Below are positions 62,579 through 64,000 of a DNA stretch of 64,000 nucleotides, in pieces. Both the position numbers and the translations under genes were made by a program. Origin of the DNA: Dipteris shenzhenensis. Its lineage: Eukaryota. The stretch is from assembly GCA_047967505.1 (NCBI GenBank), contig CM106538.1. One strand, given 5' to 3'. Each line of letters opens with the position of its first letter. Within the stretch, counting starts at the first letter, position 1. The notes beneath the pieces were generated by a model. The model was not told the DNA's origin. It ran no database searches and worked only from the letters and a program-made list of their open reading frames with translations.

Positions 62579-64000
62579 TGATAGGACAAAACCTGTATCA
62601 AGTTTTTGAGCACTGTATATAGCTGTGGGTAGGCACATAGTTGTACACATCTAGGGTAGGTGTGGGCTTTTGGCATTTGTGGATTTTTCTTTCACAAGCA
62701 TGATGGACTAATGTATAGTTTTTTGAAACAATAAAGTATGTTTTGCAGGGACTTCATGGGAAATGATGAAATGCAATGTGGTTGTACCAGACTTCTAGAG
62801 CAAGGGTGTTCAGTGTGTGGTCAAGTGAAATGTTTTTGGGGTCATGTAAAGCCAAGTCATGAAGGGTTTTATTATATTTTCCTGAGTCAATGTGCACTTG
62901 CATGTTACAGGAATTTGATATGTTCTGGTGTCCATGTCGAGGGGCTTTTCATGTGTGTGTACAGGGGTGCATGAAAGCCTTAATTTGCATGCTAATGTGT
63001 GTGGGAATTGTGTGACCAAAGGTCCAAAATGTGCATTTAATGTGCCTTGGAGGATATTTGCATTTTTTAAATGGAAGAGTGGTAAATTCTACGTGATGAC
63101 GTGGCTGGAAAATCTGGAAGGGAATGTATGCATGCAAGGTGGCTAGGTGATCAAGGAAGGGGGATGCTTTGTGTTATGCTCTAGCCGAGATAGCATGACC
63201 TCGGATAGATCGGTGGGCATTTTCTCTTAGATGACCAACTTTTGTAATAGTTAATGTGCGTAATTAAAATGGTCAAGAGAAGTAACTGCCAAGGTCCTAG
63301 GTGAGGGCGGAATGGCATTGACTAGATAGTTCTGAGTGCTAAGGCCTAGGTGCACCTAAATGTGCAATAATGCCAAGGGGCAAGTGGATTTTAATGTGCC
63401 CAAGAGAGGGGTAAAAAGGTGCACCAAGTGGAGAGGCTATAATGATGACATTTGGCAAGGAGAACTATCTAGGGAATTGAGGGTCTCATGGATAGGAATG
63501 AACGAAATAACGAAGAGATCTGTGAATCAACTATCCAAGAGAGAAGGCTGGGTGGAAATATAGCAAGCCATCGCCCGTGATAATTTTGACGACGAGCAGA
63601 GATTTAACCCAAGGGAAAAGACGACGATAGAGTAAGTTTCTGATATTTGGTATCAGAGCGACAGGAAGAGATCAGGGAAGGGTGGAAACAGCGATGCTGT
63701 GTGACGGTACAAGAGAAATTCACTAAAGTTCGAAAGGGTGCACTTGCTCCAACTTCCAAAGCAAGTGATACTAGTCGCACAAATCCATCGCCACGAAGCT
63801 TTGAGTGAGCATGTCCAAAAGTTGGCCTCCGATTCACGAACGTAATTCACAAGAATTCGATCCCTCCAAGTGACCTTGCCCGTGGCTACGGGAGTTGGGG
63901 CAATGGAATGCCTGCAGCGGAGAAAGGTCGTGATAATTGGTATCGTGGATCTAGACTTTCCATCGCAGGGGCTGCACATTTCCCATTGAAAGTTCGAATA
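62579..64000 (+). mobile_element. 5' LTR (~62579-63645), Met-i PBS and leader of an LTR retrotransposon of undetermined superfamily; runs off the right edge
   Basis: LINE homology stops abruptly at TG 62579; TGGTATCAGAGC at 63648-63659; no ORF visible. Confidence 0.72.

Noticed and set aside
31844-64000. Searched for the upstream malic enzyme exon (VTDGERILGLGDLG)
   Set aside because: Not found by eye; presumed to lie beyond the right edge

Overview
Eukaryotic land-plant nuclear DNA, probably from a large-genome lineage such as a fern (inferred from intron size and TE content, not proven). The window lies inside one host gene on the minus strand, an NADP-dependent malic enzyme. Seven intact internal exons (519 bp, all GT-AG, all phase 0) are separated by TE-filled introns of >9.9 kb, 18.3 kb and >32 kb. 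The introns hold nested, mostly decayed retroelements: at least three L1-type LINE families, RTEX/L2-like LINE pieces, five Ty1/copia copies or fragments, one further LTR element and a hAT-type non-autonomous element. Four observations stand out. (1) Three copia elements carry dense CCGTAC/GTAC arrays in their post-PBS leaders, in either orientation; this matches the SBP/SPL transcription-factor site. (2) Two LINE families appear to target microsatellites, one (GT)n and one (TC)n. (3) Two LINE insertions are 5'-inverted and flanked by perfect TSDs, the twin-priming signature. (4) The dominant LINE family has an ATGA stop-start overlap between ORF1 and ORF2. All calls were made by eye; TE boundaries without TSDs are approximate.
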